Part shown: positions 30,427 to 40,764 of the stretch, one piece after another
Layout: each line of letters opens with the position of its first letter
Position numbering within the stretch: the stretch's first letter is position 1
Program-made: the position numbers and the translations under genes
The notes under the pieces: model-generated
The model's database searches: none
What the model was told of the DNA's origin: nothing
Seen by the model: the letters and a program-made list of their open reading frames with translations, nothing else
DNA from: Synechococcus sp.
Lineage (GTDB): Bacteria > Cyanobacteriota > Cyanobacteriia > PCC-6307 > Cyanobiaceae
Length of the DNA stretch: 64,000 nucleotides
Direction of reading: 5' to 3'
Assembly (NCBI GenBank): GCA_047285305.1
Contig: JBJBDL010000003.1
Coordinates: 1,376,001-1,440,000 of the forward strand

Positions 30427-31416
30427 TTATGCCCAGCGATCCATGATTTGCTGCACCACCACCCGCTGCATCAACACCTGAAGCACCACTACCAAAGGAA
30501 GGGCCAGCAGCACGCCCGGAAGCCCGAGAAGAGCACCAAGGCTGAGCTGAGCTGTTAAGGCCACCGTTGGCAGCAGATTCACAGTTTTGCGCAGCAGCAG
30601 TGGTGTGAGCAGAAATGCCTCCAGGTTCTGCAGCACCAGCCGGAACACCAATACCGACAGCATTAATTGCGGGGACTGCAGCAGGGCCAATCCCGTGGGC
30701 AGCAGCGTTGCCGCCGTGGGCCCGATGGTCGGAACGAACGTGAGCAGGCCACACACAAGGGCACTCAACAGGGCCAGGGGGGACTTCAGCAGCAACAAGC
30801 CGCCCCAGGTGAGCAGAAAAACGGTGGTGGAGGAGAGGGTCATGCCACTAAGCCAACCCCCCAAGGCTTGTCTGCACTCGTCGAGCAGATGCTCCATCCG
30901 CTCCCGGGCTGGTCGGGGCGTCATGGCCACCACCATGCGCCGGTGGGCGCTTGGATCCAAGGCCAGCAGCATCGCAAGCAGGACCATCAACAAGAGTTGA
31001 ATCAGCGAGTTCGCTGCACCTCCTGCGAACCCAAGCAATGGCTGAAGCCCTTTCAGATTGAGCCCCTCCCCCAAAGCGTCATTCAGCTGCGCCAGGCGTG
31101 GCTCACTGCTCAGCAGGTCGGACACTTTGCTGACCAACTGCGGCAGATCCCGTCCCAGTTGCTGAAACTGGCTGATCAGTTCCGGAACCAGCAGTTGCCC
31201 TAGCAGCCCCCCGGCCAAGATCAAAATCCCCAGGACAGCCGCCAGGGCCTGGGGGCGCTCCAGTCGGGTTCGCTTCTGAACCTGAACAATCAGCACATCC
31301 AGGGCAACGGCCACCACCACGGCGCCAAAGAGCACCAGCAGCACCCAACGCAGGTTCCAGAGCAACAGCACCAGCACCACCAAGGTGAGTGCAATGAGAA
31401 ACGTGCCGGCGGTCAT
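30427..31416 (-). CDS. AI-2E (PerM) family transporter
   Basis: Multi-TM; FVPTIGP, QNLEAFLLTP, LGLPGVLLALP. Confidence 0.9.
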   Translation of the reverse strand: MTAGTFLIALTLVVLVLLLWNLRWVLLVLFGAVVVAVALDVLIVQVQKRTRLERPQALAAVLGILILAGGLLGQLLVPELISQFQQLGRDLPQLVSKVSDLLSSEPRLAQLNDALGEGLNLKGLQPLLGFAGGAANSLIQLLLMVLLAMLLALDPSAHRRMVVAMTPRPARERMEHLLDECRQALGGWLSGMTLSSTTVFLLTWGGLLLLKSPLALLSALVCGLLTFVPTIGPTAATLLPTGLALLQSPQLMLSVLVFRLVLQNLEAFLLTPLLLRKTVNLLPTVALTAQLSLGALLGLPGVLLALPLVVVLQVLMQRVVVQQIMDRWA

Positions 31417-32492
31417 CGAACCGGCTCCAGACGTTTCCAGCGATTCAACACATCGTGGATCACGACTTCACGGATGATCACCTGCAGTACCACCGCCAAC
31501 GGCAGCGCCATCAGCAGGCCGAGGGGGCCAAAAAGGAGTGTGAACAGGAACTGAGCCGCCAGAGTCAATCCGGGCAACAGCTTTACCTGGTGGTGCATCA
31601 CCGATGGTGTGATCACGTAACTCTCGATGTTCTGTATCACCACATAGGCACCCAGCACCGCAGCGGCCTTCCAGGGGGCATCCAACAGAGCCACCGCCAT
31701 CGGGAAGATCGTGCTCATGGTTGGTCCCACATTGGGGATCACGTTCAACAGCCCTGCCAGGAGTGCATTGGCCAGAACGAGCTTCACGCCTAAAAGCGTT
31801 AAAGCAATGCTGCAAAGTACAAACACGGCCAGGGAGCTGATCAGCACACCCACCATCCAGCTGCTCAAGGCAGCACCGCACTGATCCAGGATGCGACGCC
31901 CTCGGCGTCGGTAGAAGGAGGGAATCAACTGCAGGCCAACATTCCGATAGGCCTGAGGCTGAATGCTGATCATCAGAGCCACCGCCACCACGAACAACAG
32001 CCGCAGCACGCCGTTGCCGAGGTTGCCCGCCAAACCGAGCAGACCCAGCAACCCACTGCCCACACCAGCGGCGAGGGATGAACTGTCGGGCACAAGTTGG
32101 CGTGGACCGCTCAGGCCCAGTTGATCCAGGTCGGGGAATGCATCGACGCCATAAATGGCCTCACTGATGCTGTCGATCCAACCGAGTCCCAGGCTCACCA
32201 GGGTCTGACCTGCTTCGGGCAGCTTCTGCAACAGCAGTGCGAATTCCTCGAGAAACGGGGGGAAAACAACACCAGCCGCACCGGCTACCAACAACAACAG
32301 ACCAACGATGCAGAGCAGCAGGGCCAGGGGCCTTTGCATCGGCCGCCGCTCGCGAAGAATGCCCACCAGCGTGCACAGCGCCATTGCCAGAACCACTGCT
32401 GCAAAAATCAGCAGGAGTAGCTCTCGCAGCGACCAAAGCAGGACGATGGCTGCAATGAAGGCTGTCAGTAACAGCCACTGGGGCAGTCTCAA
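31413..32492 (-). CDS. AI-2E (PerM) family transporter
   Basis: Multi-[31 protein letters not shown]. Confidence 0.9.
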   Translation of the reverse strand: MRLPQWLLLTAFIAAIVLLWSLRELLLLIFAAVVLAMALCTLVGILRERRPMQRPLALLLCIVGLLLLVAGAAGVVFPPFLEEFALLLQKLPEAGQTLVSLGLGWIDSISEAIYGVDAFPDLDQLGLSGPRQLVPDSSSLAAGVGSGLLGLLGLAGNLGNGVLRLLFVVAVALMISIQPQAYRNVGLQLIPSFYRRRGRRILDQCGAALSSWMVGVLISSLAVFVLCSIALTLLGVKLVLANALLAGLLNVIPNVGPTMSTIFPMAVALLDAPWKAAAVLGAYVVIQNIESYVITPSVMHHQVKLLPGLTLAAQFLFTLLFGPLGLLMALPLAVVLQVIIREVVIHDVLNRWKRLEPVR

Positions 32493-32872
32493 GCTTGTTG
32501 GTCGTCGGCCCCTTCAGTCTGATTGGAATCCTGGCTTTGTGAATAACCCAAGCCGTTGGCCTCGGCGTAGCGCTGGGCGAAGCGCATGAACCGTTCGAAG
32601 TCCTGTTCGGACTTCCACGAGTAAACGGCTTCAAGGGCACTTGCGGTGCCGTTCACGAATTTGCCATTCACTTCACGGGTGACCATTTCGCCTTCTTCAT
32701 CCACCATCCACATTCCGGTGATGTCACCCATGGTTTCGGGAGCAATCGCAGCAGGTTGTTCAAAACGGAAGGTCGCTTGACCGGTGCGGCCATCGCGGCT
32801 GCGGGTCAGACGGATGTCGGGCACCACCGGCTCATTGACTCCCCGAAAGAACTGAATCGCTGCTTTGCTCAC
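32489..32872 (-). CDS. psb28: Photosystem II assembly factor Psb28
   Basis: [36 protein letters not shown]. Confidence 0.95.
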   Translation of the reverse strand: MSKAAIQFFRGVNEPVVPDIRLTRSRDGRTGQATFRFEQPAAIAPETMGDITGMWMVDEEGEMVTREVNGKFVNGTASALEAVYSWKSEQDFERFMRFAQRYAEANGLGYSQSQDSNQTEGADDQQA

Positions 32873-32902
32873 GTCGTTCTCGAACCGTCGATGGGGTCGA
32901 TC

Positions 32903-33946
32903 CTAATCGGGGATTTCAACAAACCCGCCGTCGATCAAGGTCTCGGCGGCTTGAGCAGCGCTGACCCCTGAGAGATCGATCGTGTCGCGTCTGGGCGTTC
33001 GCGCCAGTTCATGTTCGTAACAGCGGTCGTAGTAATCGAGCGTGGCGCGGCAGGCGGTGGCCCAGTCTCCCCTGGCAATCGCTTCCAGGGCTTCCTTGGT
33101 GCGCTGGGGCCCAAGGCGTCGACTGATCCGTTCGGTTGCCTCAGCCAGAGCGGCTCCCCCCTGGTGGCCGTACACCTGAACCAATTGGTTCACCCGTTCC
33201 CCTAGGTCGCGCTGAATCTCCAGCACAGGCGCCTCTTGCATCTGATCGAACAGAGCCTTGGGAATGCGGCAGCGGCCTACCTGGATGCTTTCCGCTTCCA
33301 ACCAGATGGATGTGGCCCCACGGCGTTCGTGTTGATCCAAAGCCTCAGCCAATTGGTTCTCGTAGTGCTCGGTGCTGGGTTGATCCGGCAGACCCAGACC
33401 GCCGAAACTGCTGCCGCGGTGGTTGGCCAGCCCTTCCAGGTCAACCACGGCTGCACCGCGCGCTGCCATGGCCAACAGCAGATCGGTTTTCCCTGTTCCC
33501 GTGCGGCCTCCCATCACGCGAAGGGGCCAGATCTGCTCAAATCGACCCTGAGCCCAGCGCCGATAGCTCTTGTAGCCCCCCTGAAGGAGCCTTGGCTTGA
33601 GATCGATCTGCTGGGCAAGCCAGGCCACACTGGCCGAGCGCATTCCGCCCCGCCAGCAGTAGATCCGTGGTTCCCCCTGCTGACGCAGGTTTTCCAATTG
33701 GCGGGCCAGGCTGCTGAGCTTGGGGCCAGTGAGTTCAAGCCCCAGGTGAATCGCTTGTGTTCTGCCCTGCTGTTTGTAAGCGGTGCCGACTGCGGCACGT
33801 TCCTCATCGTTGAACAGCGGCACGTTGATGGCTCCGGGCCAGTGCCCCTTTTCAAATTCGCTGGGGCTGCGAACGTCCACCAGCGGACCTTTCAGCTCGC
33901 GAAGCTGCTGAATCTCGATTGAACCTGTTTCGCCCATGCCTGACAT
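32903..33946 (-). CDS. mnmH: tRNA 2-selenouridine synthase (SelU/MnmH)
   Basis: Rhodanese domain DVRSPSEF..CWRGGMRS plus P-loop GRTGTGKT, DLEGLANHRGSSFG. Confidence 0.93.
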   Translation of the reverse strand: MSGMGETGSIEIQQLRELKGPLVDVRSPSEFEKGHWPGAINVPLFNDEERAAVGTAYKQQGRTQAIHLGLELTGPKLSSLARQLENLRQQGEPRIYCWRGGMRSASVAWLAQQIDLKPRLLQGGYKSYRRWAQGRFEQIWPLRVMGGRTGTGKTDLLLAMAARGAAVVDLEGLANHRGSSFGGLGLPDQPSTEHYENQLAEALDQHERRGATSIWLEAESIQVGRCRIPKALFDQMQEAPVLEIQRDLGERVNQLVQVYGHQGGAALAEATERISRRLGPQRTKEALEAIARGDWATACRATLDYYDRCYEHELARTPRRDTIDLSGVSAAQAAETLIDGGFVEIPD

Positions 33947-33985
33947 AGTGGCCAACACCGAGCCAGTTGGGGCCGGTTGCGACTC

Positions 33986-34705
33986 ATGCTCTCCGGTTCC
34001 ACACCCGCCACCAAACTCAGCGTTGATCAGCTGCTGGATCGTTTCGCGAAGGGAACACCTCGCCAGCGACGTCCGCTGATCAAGCAGATCGAAACCCGCG
34101 CTGAGGAGTTGGCTGCGGTGGGTCCTGCCCTTCTCTCTGGTTTCGACCCCGCTGGTGATGACTGGGCTGCAGGTTGGATCTTGCAGGTGTTGCAGCGCCA
34201 CCAGCCCGATGCAGTCACCGCTCTCATCCCGTCGTCCGATCGAGGCTGGTTGACCACTGATTCCGGGGTTGGCCTGGATTACGGGCCGCTGCAGCAGGAG
34301 CTGCTCGATCAGAACTTTGAGGAGGCGGATCGCGTCACCAGCCAGTGCCTGCGCGAATTGGCCGGTGATGCAGCCATGAAACGGGGCTACGTCTACTTCA
34401 CAGAAGTTGCGCCGATGTCAGGCGTTGATCTGGTCAGTCTTGATCGTCTCTGGACGGTCTATTCCCAAGGTCGCTTTGGCTTCACAGCCCAGTCCCAGTT
34501 GTTGTCAGCCCTCGATGGGCGTTACGAACGCCTTTGGCCCCGGATTGGCTGGAAATGCGATGGCGTCTGGACGCGTTATCCCGGTGCATTCACCTGGTCG
34601 ATCGAGGCTCCAGAGGGGCATATGCCGTTGATCAATCAGCTCCGCGGCGTTCGTCTGATGGATTCCCTGTTGAATCATCCGGCACTTGTGGCCCGCAGAT
34701 CCTGA
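33986..34705 (+). CDS. gun4: GUN4 porphyrin-binding Mg-chelatase activator
   Basis: FEEADRVT, DRLWTVYSQGRFGF, APEGHMPLINQLRG. Confidence 0.92.
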   Translation: MLSGSTPATKLSVDQLLDRFAKGTPRQRRPLIKQIETRAEELAAVGPALLSGFDPAGDDWAAGWILQVLQRHQPDAVTALIPSSDRGWLTTDSGVGLDYGPLQQELLDQNFEEADRVTSQCLRELAGDAAMKRGYVYFTEVAPMSGVDLVSLDRLWTVYSQGRFGFTAQSQLLSALDGRYERLWPRIGWKCDGVWTRYPGAFTWSIEAPEGHMPLINQLRGVRLMDSLLNHPALVARRS

Positions 34706-34758
34706 CGGGGCTTCCCATCAACGGTAAGTTCGAAAGACCGACTTCAACGGGCCCCACT

Positions 34759-35196
34759 GTGCCGTCCAAGAGGTTTCGCTGGGCTGAGTTCACCTTGCCG
34801 TCGACCCTGCAGCTGGCTCCTCTGTTAGAGCTGCTGACCGAGCCCATCGGTTGTGTTCTCACCAGTCAGCGAATTGAGCTGGGATTGCATGAAGCCCTGG
34901 TCAATGCCGTTCGCCATGGCAACGCTGAGAACCCCGCCAAGAAGCTCCGTGTTCGCCGCATCCTCACGCCCAATTGGATGGTCTGGCAGGTTCAGGATGA
35001 GGGTTGCGGCCTCCCACAACAGTCCCGCACAGCTACCTTGCCGCCGGCCCTCGATGCTCCTAGCGGCCGTGGGTTATTCCTGATCCATCAATGCTTTGAC
35101 GATGTGCGCTGGAGCCGCCGGGGGAATCGCCTGCAGCTGGCCTGCCGACGGCCCGTCAGTGACGCGGACAGCCCGGATCCTTCAGCTCTCCTTTGA
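34759..35196 (+). CDS. pmgA: RsbW-like anti-sigma factor/Ser kinase (PmgA-like)
   Basis: HATPase motifs LHEALVNAVRHGN, QDEGCG, GRGLFLI; N-terminal STLQLAPLLELL; start GTG 34759 uncertain. Confidence 0.75.
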   Translation: MPSKRFRWAEFTLPSTLQLAPLLELLTEPIGCVLTSQRIELGLHEALVNAVRHGNAENPAKKLRVRRILTPNWMVWQVQDEGCGLPQQSRTATLPPALDAPSGRGLFLIHQCFDDVRWSRRGNRLQLACRRPVSDADSPDPSALL

Positions 35197-35410
35197 ACCA
35201 CCCCAGCGCCTGTTGGGTCAGGTTCTCCACGTCGGCACTCTTTCCTTGGCGGAGCAATTGCACTATCGCTGCAGACAGTAACTCAGCTCCACGCCGCTGT
35301 CGGTTGCTTTTCAGTTGATGCCAGTCGCGATCGCCGATGCGGAGCAACTGGTGCAGTTCTTCCGCCTTGTCTGTGGCGGAGTCGGGCCATGGGGCGTCGG
35401 GTGAAGTCAT
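35156..35410 (-). CDS. DUF6439-like cyanobacterial protein
   Basis: DRDWHQLK, QALGW..ELKDPGCPRH; convergent with the PmgA-like gene. Confidence 0.78.
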   Translation of the reverse strand: MTSPDAPWPDSATDKAEELHQLLRIGDRDWHQLKSNRQRRGAELLSAAIVQLLRQGKSADVENLTQQALGWFKGELKDPGCPRH

Positions 35411-35528
35411 CCCTGAATCAGCAGATGGATCCAGTTTCGGGTGATGTGGGTGCATCGGCGTGGAACAGCGCAAAGGCCAACGACGCGTTCGTGAACTGAA
35501 TTGATTTCACCATGCCTCACGGCTGGGG

Positions 35529-35729
35529 TTGCAAGGGCAATGTCAGGCCGATTCCCGGTCGGATGTTCCGGCGCGGCGATGGGTGCAGCGCCGCAAACTT
35601 GATACGAATCTGATAACGCAACGGCCTTCGGTCTGGGCCTTCTCACCAGTGTCTGGGGAGCGCTTCTGGAGAGACTTACGCTCAGGTGGGACAGGCTTTG
35701 CCTTGGCCTGGATGCTGGCGCAGCTTTGA
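35529..35729 (+). other. Possible short ORF or gene remnant
   Basis: 66 codons ending in a hydrophobic tail (RFWRDLRSGGTGFALAWMLAQL); weak TTG start, in-frame stop upstream at 35502. Confidence 0.3.
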
Positions 35730-35742
35730 ACGCGTCAGGAGA

Positions 35743-36057
35743 TTAGGCCACCCGTTGGCGATGGGCCTGGCCAACCACCACCAGCGAATTCGAGGCCGGT
35801 GCCGATTCCTTCGTGGGTGAAACCCCCGCGGGCTGTGCCATGTCATTACCGCGAAGCCAGGCATTGTGAAGTGCTCGCCTGCGACGATCTTCAGACAACA
35901 CCAAACGATCGGCTGCAGCCTGAGGACTTTCCCCAGGAATCACGGCCGTGCGCAGGCAGATACCGAACCCATGGGCTTCGACCTGCACATGGCCTTCCAT
36001 CAGCACCACCTGGAATGTCCAGCCCTGAAGCCAACGCAGCCGGAAGGGATTGGTCAT
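35743..36057 (-). CDS. Hypothetical protein
   Basis: 104-aa ATG ORF with a purine-rich upstream (GAAGGGAA); co-oriented with the methyltransferase. Confidence 0.75.
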   Translation of the reverse strand: MTNPFRLRWLQGWTFQVVLMEGHVQVEAHGFGICLRTAVIPGESPQAAADRLVLSEDRRRRALHNAWLRGNDMAQPAGVSPTKESAPASNSLVVVGQAHRQRVA

Positions 36058-36131
36058 GACGTTCCCTTCGGGATTCAGCTCACCCTATGGCTCGCAACCG
36101 TTCGTGCAAGGGACGCTGTCAGGGAATCCCC

Positions 36132-37205
36132 TCAGCTGGCCTTTGCGATGGGTTTGCGTGCGGACCAGACCCTCGTCATGAAGTGGGTTTCCGCAGTGAT
36201 GCCCTCGAACCCTGCAGCTGAGAGGCGGGCGTCGATGTTGTCGCCGATGTAGTCGCGGTAGTAGGGCTCATGGAAGACGCGCCGGAAGTTCTCCATCACG
36301 GAGGCGAACTTGGCTGAATCGGCCATCTGCACAGAGTCGGCAAGCACGAACACACCGCCGGGCTCAAGCACCCGCCAGGCCTCGTTCAGCACGTTTTGGC
36401 GGGCATCCGCCGGTAGTTCGTGCAGCAGGAACACACTGGTGACGGCCTGAACCGATCCATCGGCCAAGGGCAGTGATTCCCCGTTGGCACGGATCAGCTG
36501 AACCAGCGATGCATCGCCGTCATTCAGCCAGCGGTTGGCTTGACGCAGGTACGACTCGGAGAGATCGGTTCCGATTAGCTGTGCGTGGGGGACGGCGGCG
36601 CGGATCTGCTGAAGGGTCCGGCCGGTGCCAGTGGCCACATCGAGAATTTTGAGGGAACCCGGAGCACGGTCTGCGAAGTGCTTCAAGCCGCGTTTCAGCG
36701 GAGCCAAAACCCTGCGCCGCATGGCATCGGCGGTGCCATTGAAGAGGATCTCCACCTGCAGGTCGTAAAGACCAGCCGAGTGGTCACTCAGGTAGCCGTC
36801 GGTTTGATGGTGAAAATTCTGGAGGTAGTACTCGGGATAGAGAGCTTTTTCGGTCTCCTTGGGTAGGTCCCGCACATTGCGCACGCGACGTCGATCCCAG
36901 GTGGATGGAAGATCCATCCAAACCTGCGGGTAGCGGCTGACCCAGTCGAGCCAGGGTGCATCGAACAACAACTGCTCGGGGTAGACCCCCTGTTCGGCGT
37001 CCTGCCAGTCCTGTTCCTGGAGCTTGTTCATGTCGAGCCGGAGCTCTCCAAGAACTTCGGCGGACACGGGCTCCGTTTTCGGCACCGCATCCGGCGCCAA
37101 CAGCTCCATCAACTTGGTGCTCAGCTCCTTGTGGGCCAGGCCCGCGATGCTTTTGCCTTGCTGAAGCGTTTGGTACGCAAGCTTGCTCAGGGGCGTTGAC
37201 GCCAT
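36132..37205 (-). CDS. Class I SAM-dependent methyltransferase
   Basis: LDVATGTG motif I, YYLQNFHHQTDGYLS, FLLHELP, RVLEPGG. Confidence 0.9.
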   Translation of the reverse strand: MASTPLSKLAYQTLQQGKSIAGLAHKELSTKLMELLAPDAVPKTEPVSAEVLGELRLDMNKLQEQDWQDAEQGVYPEQLLFDAPWLDWVSRYPQVWMDLPSTWDRRRVRNVRDLPKETEKALYPEYYLQNFHHQTDGYLSDHSAGLYDLQVEILFNGTADAMRRRVLAPLKRGLKHFADRAPGSLKILDVATGTGRTLQQIRAAVPHAQLIGTDLSESYLRQANRWLNDGDASLVQLIRANGESLPLADGSVQAVTSVFLLHELPADARQNVLNEAWRVLEPGGVFVLADSVQMADSAKFASVMENFRRVFHEPYYRDYIGDNIDARLSAAGFEGITAETHFMTRVWSARKPIAKAS

Positions 37206-37270
37206 CGCGGATTCAGACAACAGAACCATTCCAACGAATGAGACGCGCAATCGCGTGGCCAGCAGTCCAC

Positions 37271-37299
37271 AAAAAAACCCGCCTCCTCGGAGGCGGGTT
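37271..37299 (-). terminator. Intrinsic terminator downstream of glnA
   Basis: AACCCGCCTCC-TC-GGAGGCGGGTT inverted repeat; A7 on plus equals a U tract on minus. Confidence 0.88.
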
Positions 37300-37319
37300 G
37301 TGCGATGTATGGGCGCTGA

Positions 37320-38741
37320 TCAAGCGTCGTAGTACATGGTGAATTCGTGGGGGTGCGGCCGCTGGCGCAGTTGCTGAACCTCCTCGTACTTCAGGTCGAT
37401 CCAGTTGTCGATGAAGTCGTCGCTGAACACACCGCCAGCGGTGAGGAAGCCGCGGTCGGCATTCAACGCTTCCAGTGCACCGTTGAGGGATGCAGGAACT
37501 GTGGCGATCTTCGAGAGCTCTTCAGCCGGAAGTTCGAACAGGTCGCGATCTTCGCCATCGCCGGGGTCGATCTGGTTCTTGATGCCATCCAGGCCGGCCA
37601 TCATCATGGCGCTGAAGGCCAGGTAGGGGTTGGCGAGGGCATCGCCGGAACGGAACTCGAGGCGCTTGGCCTTCGGGCTTGGGCCGGTGAGCGGAATCCG
37701 CACGGCGGCAGAGCGGTTGCCCTCGGAGTAAACGAGGTTCACCGGGGCTTCGAAACCGGGCACCAGACGCTTGTAGCTGTTGGTTGTGGGGTTGGTGAAG
37801 GCCAGGAATGCAGGGGCGTGCTTGAGGATGCCGCCGATGTACCAGCGGGCCGTCTGCGAGAGGTTGGCGTAGGTGCCTTCACCGAAAAACAGCGGCTGAC
37901 CGCCCTTCCAGAGGCTCTGGTGCACGTGCATGCCGGAGCCGTTGTCGTTGAAGACCGGCTTGGGCATGAAGGTGGCCGTCTTGCCGTACTTTTTGGCCAC
38001 GTTGCGCACGACGTACTTGTACGTCATCACGTTGTCGGCGGCCTGGATTAGCTCAGCAAATTTCATGCCGAGTTCGTGCTGACCTGCACCTGCCACCTCG
38101 TGGTGGTGCTTCTCGGTGGGAATGCCCAGCTGACCCATCAGCAGGAGCATCTCGGAGCGGATGTCCTGGGCGGTGTCGTTGGGAGCGACAGGGAAGTAGC
38201 CCTCCTTCTCCTGGATCTTGTAGGCCAGGTTGCCGCCTTCTTCGATCCGTCCGGTGTTCCAACCCGCTTCGATCGTGTCAACGCTGTAGAAGGAACCCCC
38301 TTCAGCCGAGTTGTAGCGGACGTCGTCGAAGAGGAAGAACTCCGGCTCAGGACCGAAGAAGGCCATGTCGGCCAGGCCGGTGCTGGCAAGATGATTTAGT
38401 GCCCGCTGAGCCAGGGCACGGGGGCAGCGCTCGTAAGGCTGGCCGGTGCGTGGCTCCTGAATCGAGCAGATCATGCTCAGGGTTTTGTGCCGGTAGAAGG
38501 GGTCAACCCAGGCCGTGTTTGCGTCCGGCACCATTGCCATGTCGGAGGCCTGGATGCCTTTCCAGCCGCGGATGGATGAGCCGTCAAAAGCCAGGCCCTC
38601 AGTGAAGGATTCTTCCTCCAGCAGATCGGTGCAGACAGTCAGGTGCTGCCACTTGCCGTGCAGATCGGTGAATTTGAGGTCGATCAGTTCGATGCCTTCG
38701 TCCTTGATCTGGCGCAGGACGTCCTGGGGGGATTTCGACAT
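37320..38741 (-). CDS. glnA: Glutamine synthetase type I
   Basis: [59 protein letters not shown]. Confidence 0.98.
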   Translation of the reverse strand: MSKSPQDVLRQIKDEGIELIDLKFTDLHGKWQHLTVCTDLLEEESFTEGLAFDGSSIRGWKGIQASDMAMVPDANTAWVDPFYRHKTLSMICSIQEPRTGQPYERCPRALAQRALNHLASTGLADMAFFGPEPEFFLFDDVRYNSAEGGSFYSVDTIEAGWNTGRIEEGGNLAYKIQEKEGYFPVAPNDTAQDIRSEMLLLMGQLGIPTEKHHHEVAGAGQHELGMKFAELIQAADNVMTYKYVVRNVAKKYGKTATFMPKPVFNDNGSGMHVHQSLWKGGQPLFFGEGTYANLSQTARWYIGGILKHAPAFLAFTNPTTNSYKRLVPGFEAPVNLVYSEGNRSAAVRIPLTGPSPKAKRLEFRSGDALANPYLAFSAMMMAGLDGIKNQIDPGDGEDRDLFELPAEELSKIATVPASLNGALEALNADRGFLTAGGVFSDDFIDNWIDLKYEEVQQLRQRPHPHEFTMYYDA

Positions 38742-38778
38742 AAGAAGGGACTGCTCGACTGAATTGTGCAGTGATGTG

Positions 38779-38820
38779 ACCGTATATAGCCACAAGACAC
38801 CATTTTGTATCAAGAGGTAC
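38779..38820 (-). promoter_or_regulatory. NtcA-activated promoter of glnA
   Basis: GTA-N8-TAC at 38807-38820, then exactly 22 nt to TAN3T (TACGGT, 38784-38779) on the minus strand. Confidence 0.88.
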
Positions 38821-38947
38821 GTTTCAGACGCCAGAGGGCGGCTGCGTAACCGTTTCTGTCAACTTGGCTGAAATGCAGGCATGCCAAAGGATCTGCCCGC
38901 CTCAACGGTGTTAGCTTCCGCTGGGGATCCTCTGGAGATTCAGGGAC

Positions 38948-39472
38948 ATGCGCGATGCAATCAGCGGTCTGATCGGTCGCTACGACCAACTGGGTCGTTA
39001 TTTCGATCGTCCGGCGATAGACAGCATCAATGCATATCTAGATGAATCCGCGCTGCGGATTCAGGCTGTTGAACTGATCAATGGATCCTCGGCCGAGATT
39101 GTGCGTGAGGCCAGCCAGCGCCTATTCCGTGATGAGCCCGACCTTTTGCTGCCTGGTGGCAACGCATACACCACCCGTAGGCTCGCCGCCTGTCTTCGGG
39201 ATATGGACTATTTCCTGCGTTACGCCAGCTACGCCCTGGTTGCGGGGGACTCCACGATCCTCAATGAGCGTGTGCTGAACGGTCTCGACGACACCTACAA
39301 GAGTCTCGGTGTTCCCACCGGTCCAACTGTCCGCAGCATCGTTCTCTTGGGAGAGGTTGTTTCCGAGATGCTCCTGGCCAATGGTGCTGCATCCGATCAG
39401 CTCGCCACCGTTCTTCAGCCTTTTGATCACCTGGCCAAGGGCCTGGGCGAAACCAACGTGCGCCAGCGCTGA
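38948..39472 (+). CDS. apcF: Allophycocyanin beta-18 subunit
   Basis: MRDAI..YDQLGRY, PGGNAYTTRRLAACLRDMDYFLRYASYA; divergent from glnA. Confidence 0.93.
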   Translation: MRDAISGLIGRYDQLGRYFDRPAIDSINAYLDESALRIQAVELINGSSAEIVREASQRLFRDEPDLLLPGGNAYTTRRLAACLRDMDYFLRYASYALVAGDSTILNERVLNGLDDTYKSLGVPTGPTVRSIVLLGEVVSEMLLANGAASDQLATVLQPFDHLAKGLGETNVRQR

Positions 39473-39579
39473 GTCGGCACGCTCAACGCAGGATTTGAAC
39501 AGATTGCAATCAAACCTCCTTCACCCCTGCCAAGGGGCGTGACTGCGTAGGCTCAACACTCGAACCAACGAACAGGGCT

Positions 39580-40764
39580 TTGGCGACGACGAACTCACTC
39601 CTTCCTGTTGACGATCGTCACCGCAAAGCCTTTGCACCGATCGGCACACCCGACCGCCTCCTGCTTGGACCGGGCCCCTCCAACGCCCATCCAACGGTTC
39701 TGAAGGCTCTTTCGAGAACCCCGATTGGTCACCTTGATCCTCTGTATGTGGATCTAATGGGCGAAGTGCAGGAACTGCTGCGATACTCCTGGCAAACCGA
39801 CAACCGTCTCACGCTTCCGATGAGCGGCACCGGCAGTGCTGCCATGGAGGCAACCATCGCCAACACAGTTGAGCCTGGAGACACCGTTCTGGTGGCGGTG
39901 AAGGGATACTTCGGCCTGCGATTGGCTGACATGGCCGGCCGCTACCGAGCTGAGGTGAATACCATTGAGAAGCCCTGGGGTGAGTGGTTTTCCCTCGATG
40001 AGCTGGAAGCTGCCCTGATTGAGCACAAGCCAGCCATCCTGGCGATGGTTCATGCCGAAACTTCAACGGGTGTCTGTCAACCCATGGAGGGCATCGGCGA
40101 CCTCTGCCGGAAGCATGATTGCCTCCTCCTGCTCGATACCGTCACCTCTCTGGGGGGCGTGCCGCTTTACATCGATGACTGGAAAGTCGATCTCGCCTAC
40201 AGCTGCAGCCAGAAGGGTCTGAGCTGCCCTCCCGGTTTAGGACCCTTCACCATGGGTCCCCGTGCCGAGGCCAAAATGACAGCCCGTCAGGGCAAGGTGC
40301 CCAACTGGTATCTGGACGTCTCCTTGCTGAACCAGTACTGGGGCAGCGACCGCGTCTATCACCACACCGCGCCGGTCAACATGAACTTCGGCATGCGTGA
40401 GGCCCTGCGTCTCCTGGCTGAAGAAGGTCTCGACCAGGCTTGGGCACGCCATCGCAGCAATGCGGAGATGCTCTGGAGTGGGCTCGAAAGTCTCGGCCTT
40501 TCGATGCATGTGCCGGCCGAGCGCCGACTGCCCACCCTCACCACAGTGCGTATCCCTGAAGGTGTGGATGGCAAGGCCTTCAGCCAACATCTGCTCAACA
40601 ACCACGGAATTGAAGTTGGTGGTGGACTCGGCAGCCTGGCCGGCAAAATCTGGCGCATCGGCCTGATGGGGTACAACTCCACCCCTGAAAACGTGAACCG
40701 TCTGCTCAACCTGTTTGAGACTGAGTTGCCTCGCTTCAGCGGTTCCGTCGCCGCCGCTGCCTGA
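39580..40764 (+). CDS. spt: Alanine-glyoxylate / serine-pyruvate aminotransferase (class V PLP)
   Basis: LLLGPGPSN, HAETSTG, DTVTSLGG, SCSQKGL, YHHTAP. Confidence 0.92.
   Translation: MATTNSLLPVDDRHRKAFAPIGTPDRLLLGPGPSNAHPTVLKALSRTPIGHLDPLYVDLMGEVQELLRYSWQTDNRLTLPMSGTGSAAMEATIANTVEPGDTVLVAVKGYFGLRLADMAGRYRAEVNTIEKPWGEWFSLDELEAALIEHKPAILAMVHAETSTGVCQPMEGIGDLCRKHDCLLLLDTVTSLGGVPLYIDDWKVDLAYSCSQKGLSCPPGLGPFTMGPRAEAKMTARQGKVPNWYLDVSLLNQYWGSDRVYHHTAPVNMNFGMREALRLLAEEGLDQAWARHRSNAEMLWSGLESLGLSMHVPAERRLPTLTTVRIPEGVDGKAFSQHLLNNHGIEVGGGLGSLAGKIWRIGLMGYNSTPENVNRLLNLFETELPRFSGSVAAAA

Noticed and set aside
36058..36130. CCCGAAGGGAACG just upstream of the 36057 start on the minus strand resembles the 3' end of glutamine riboswitches, and glnA is nearby
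   Set aside because: The 5' CGTT strand and the central GGAAGT element could not be found in the right arrangement; an Infernal search would settle it
39502..39511. Palindrome GATTGCAATC upstream of the aminotransferase
   Set aside because: A 10-bp palindrome is expected by chance many times in 64 kb and matches no motif I can name
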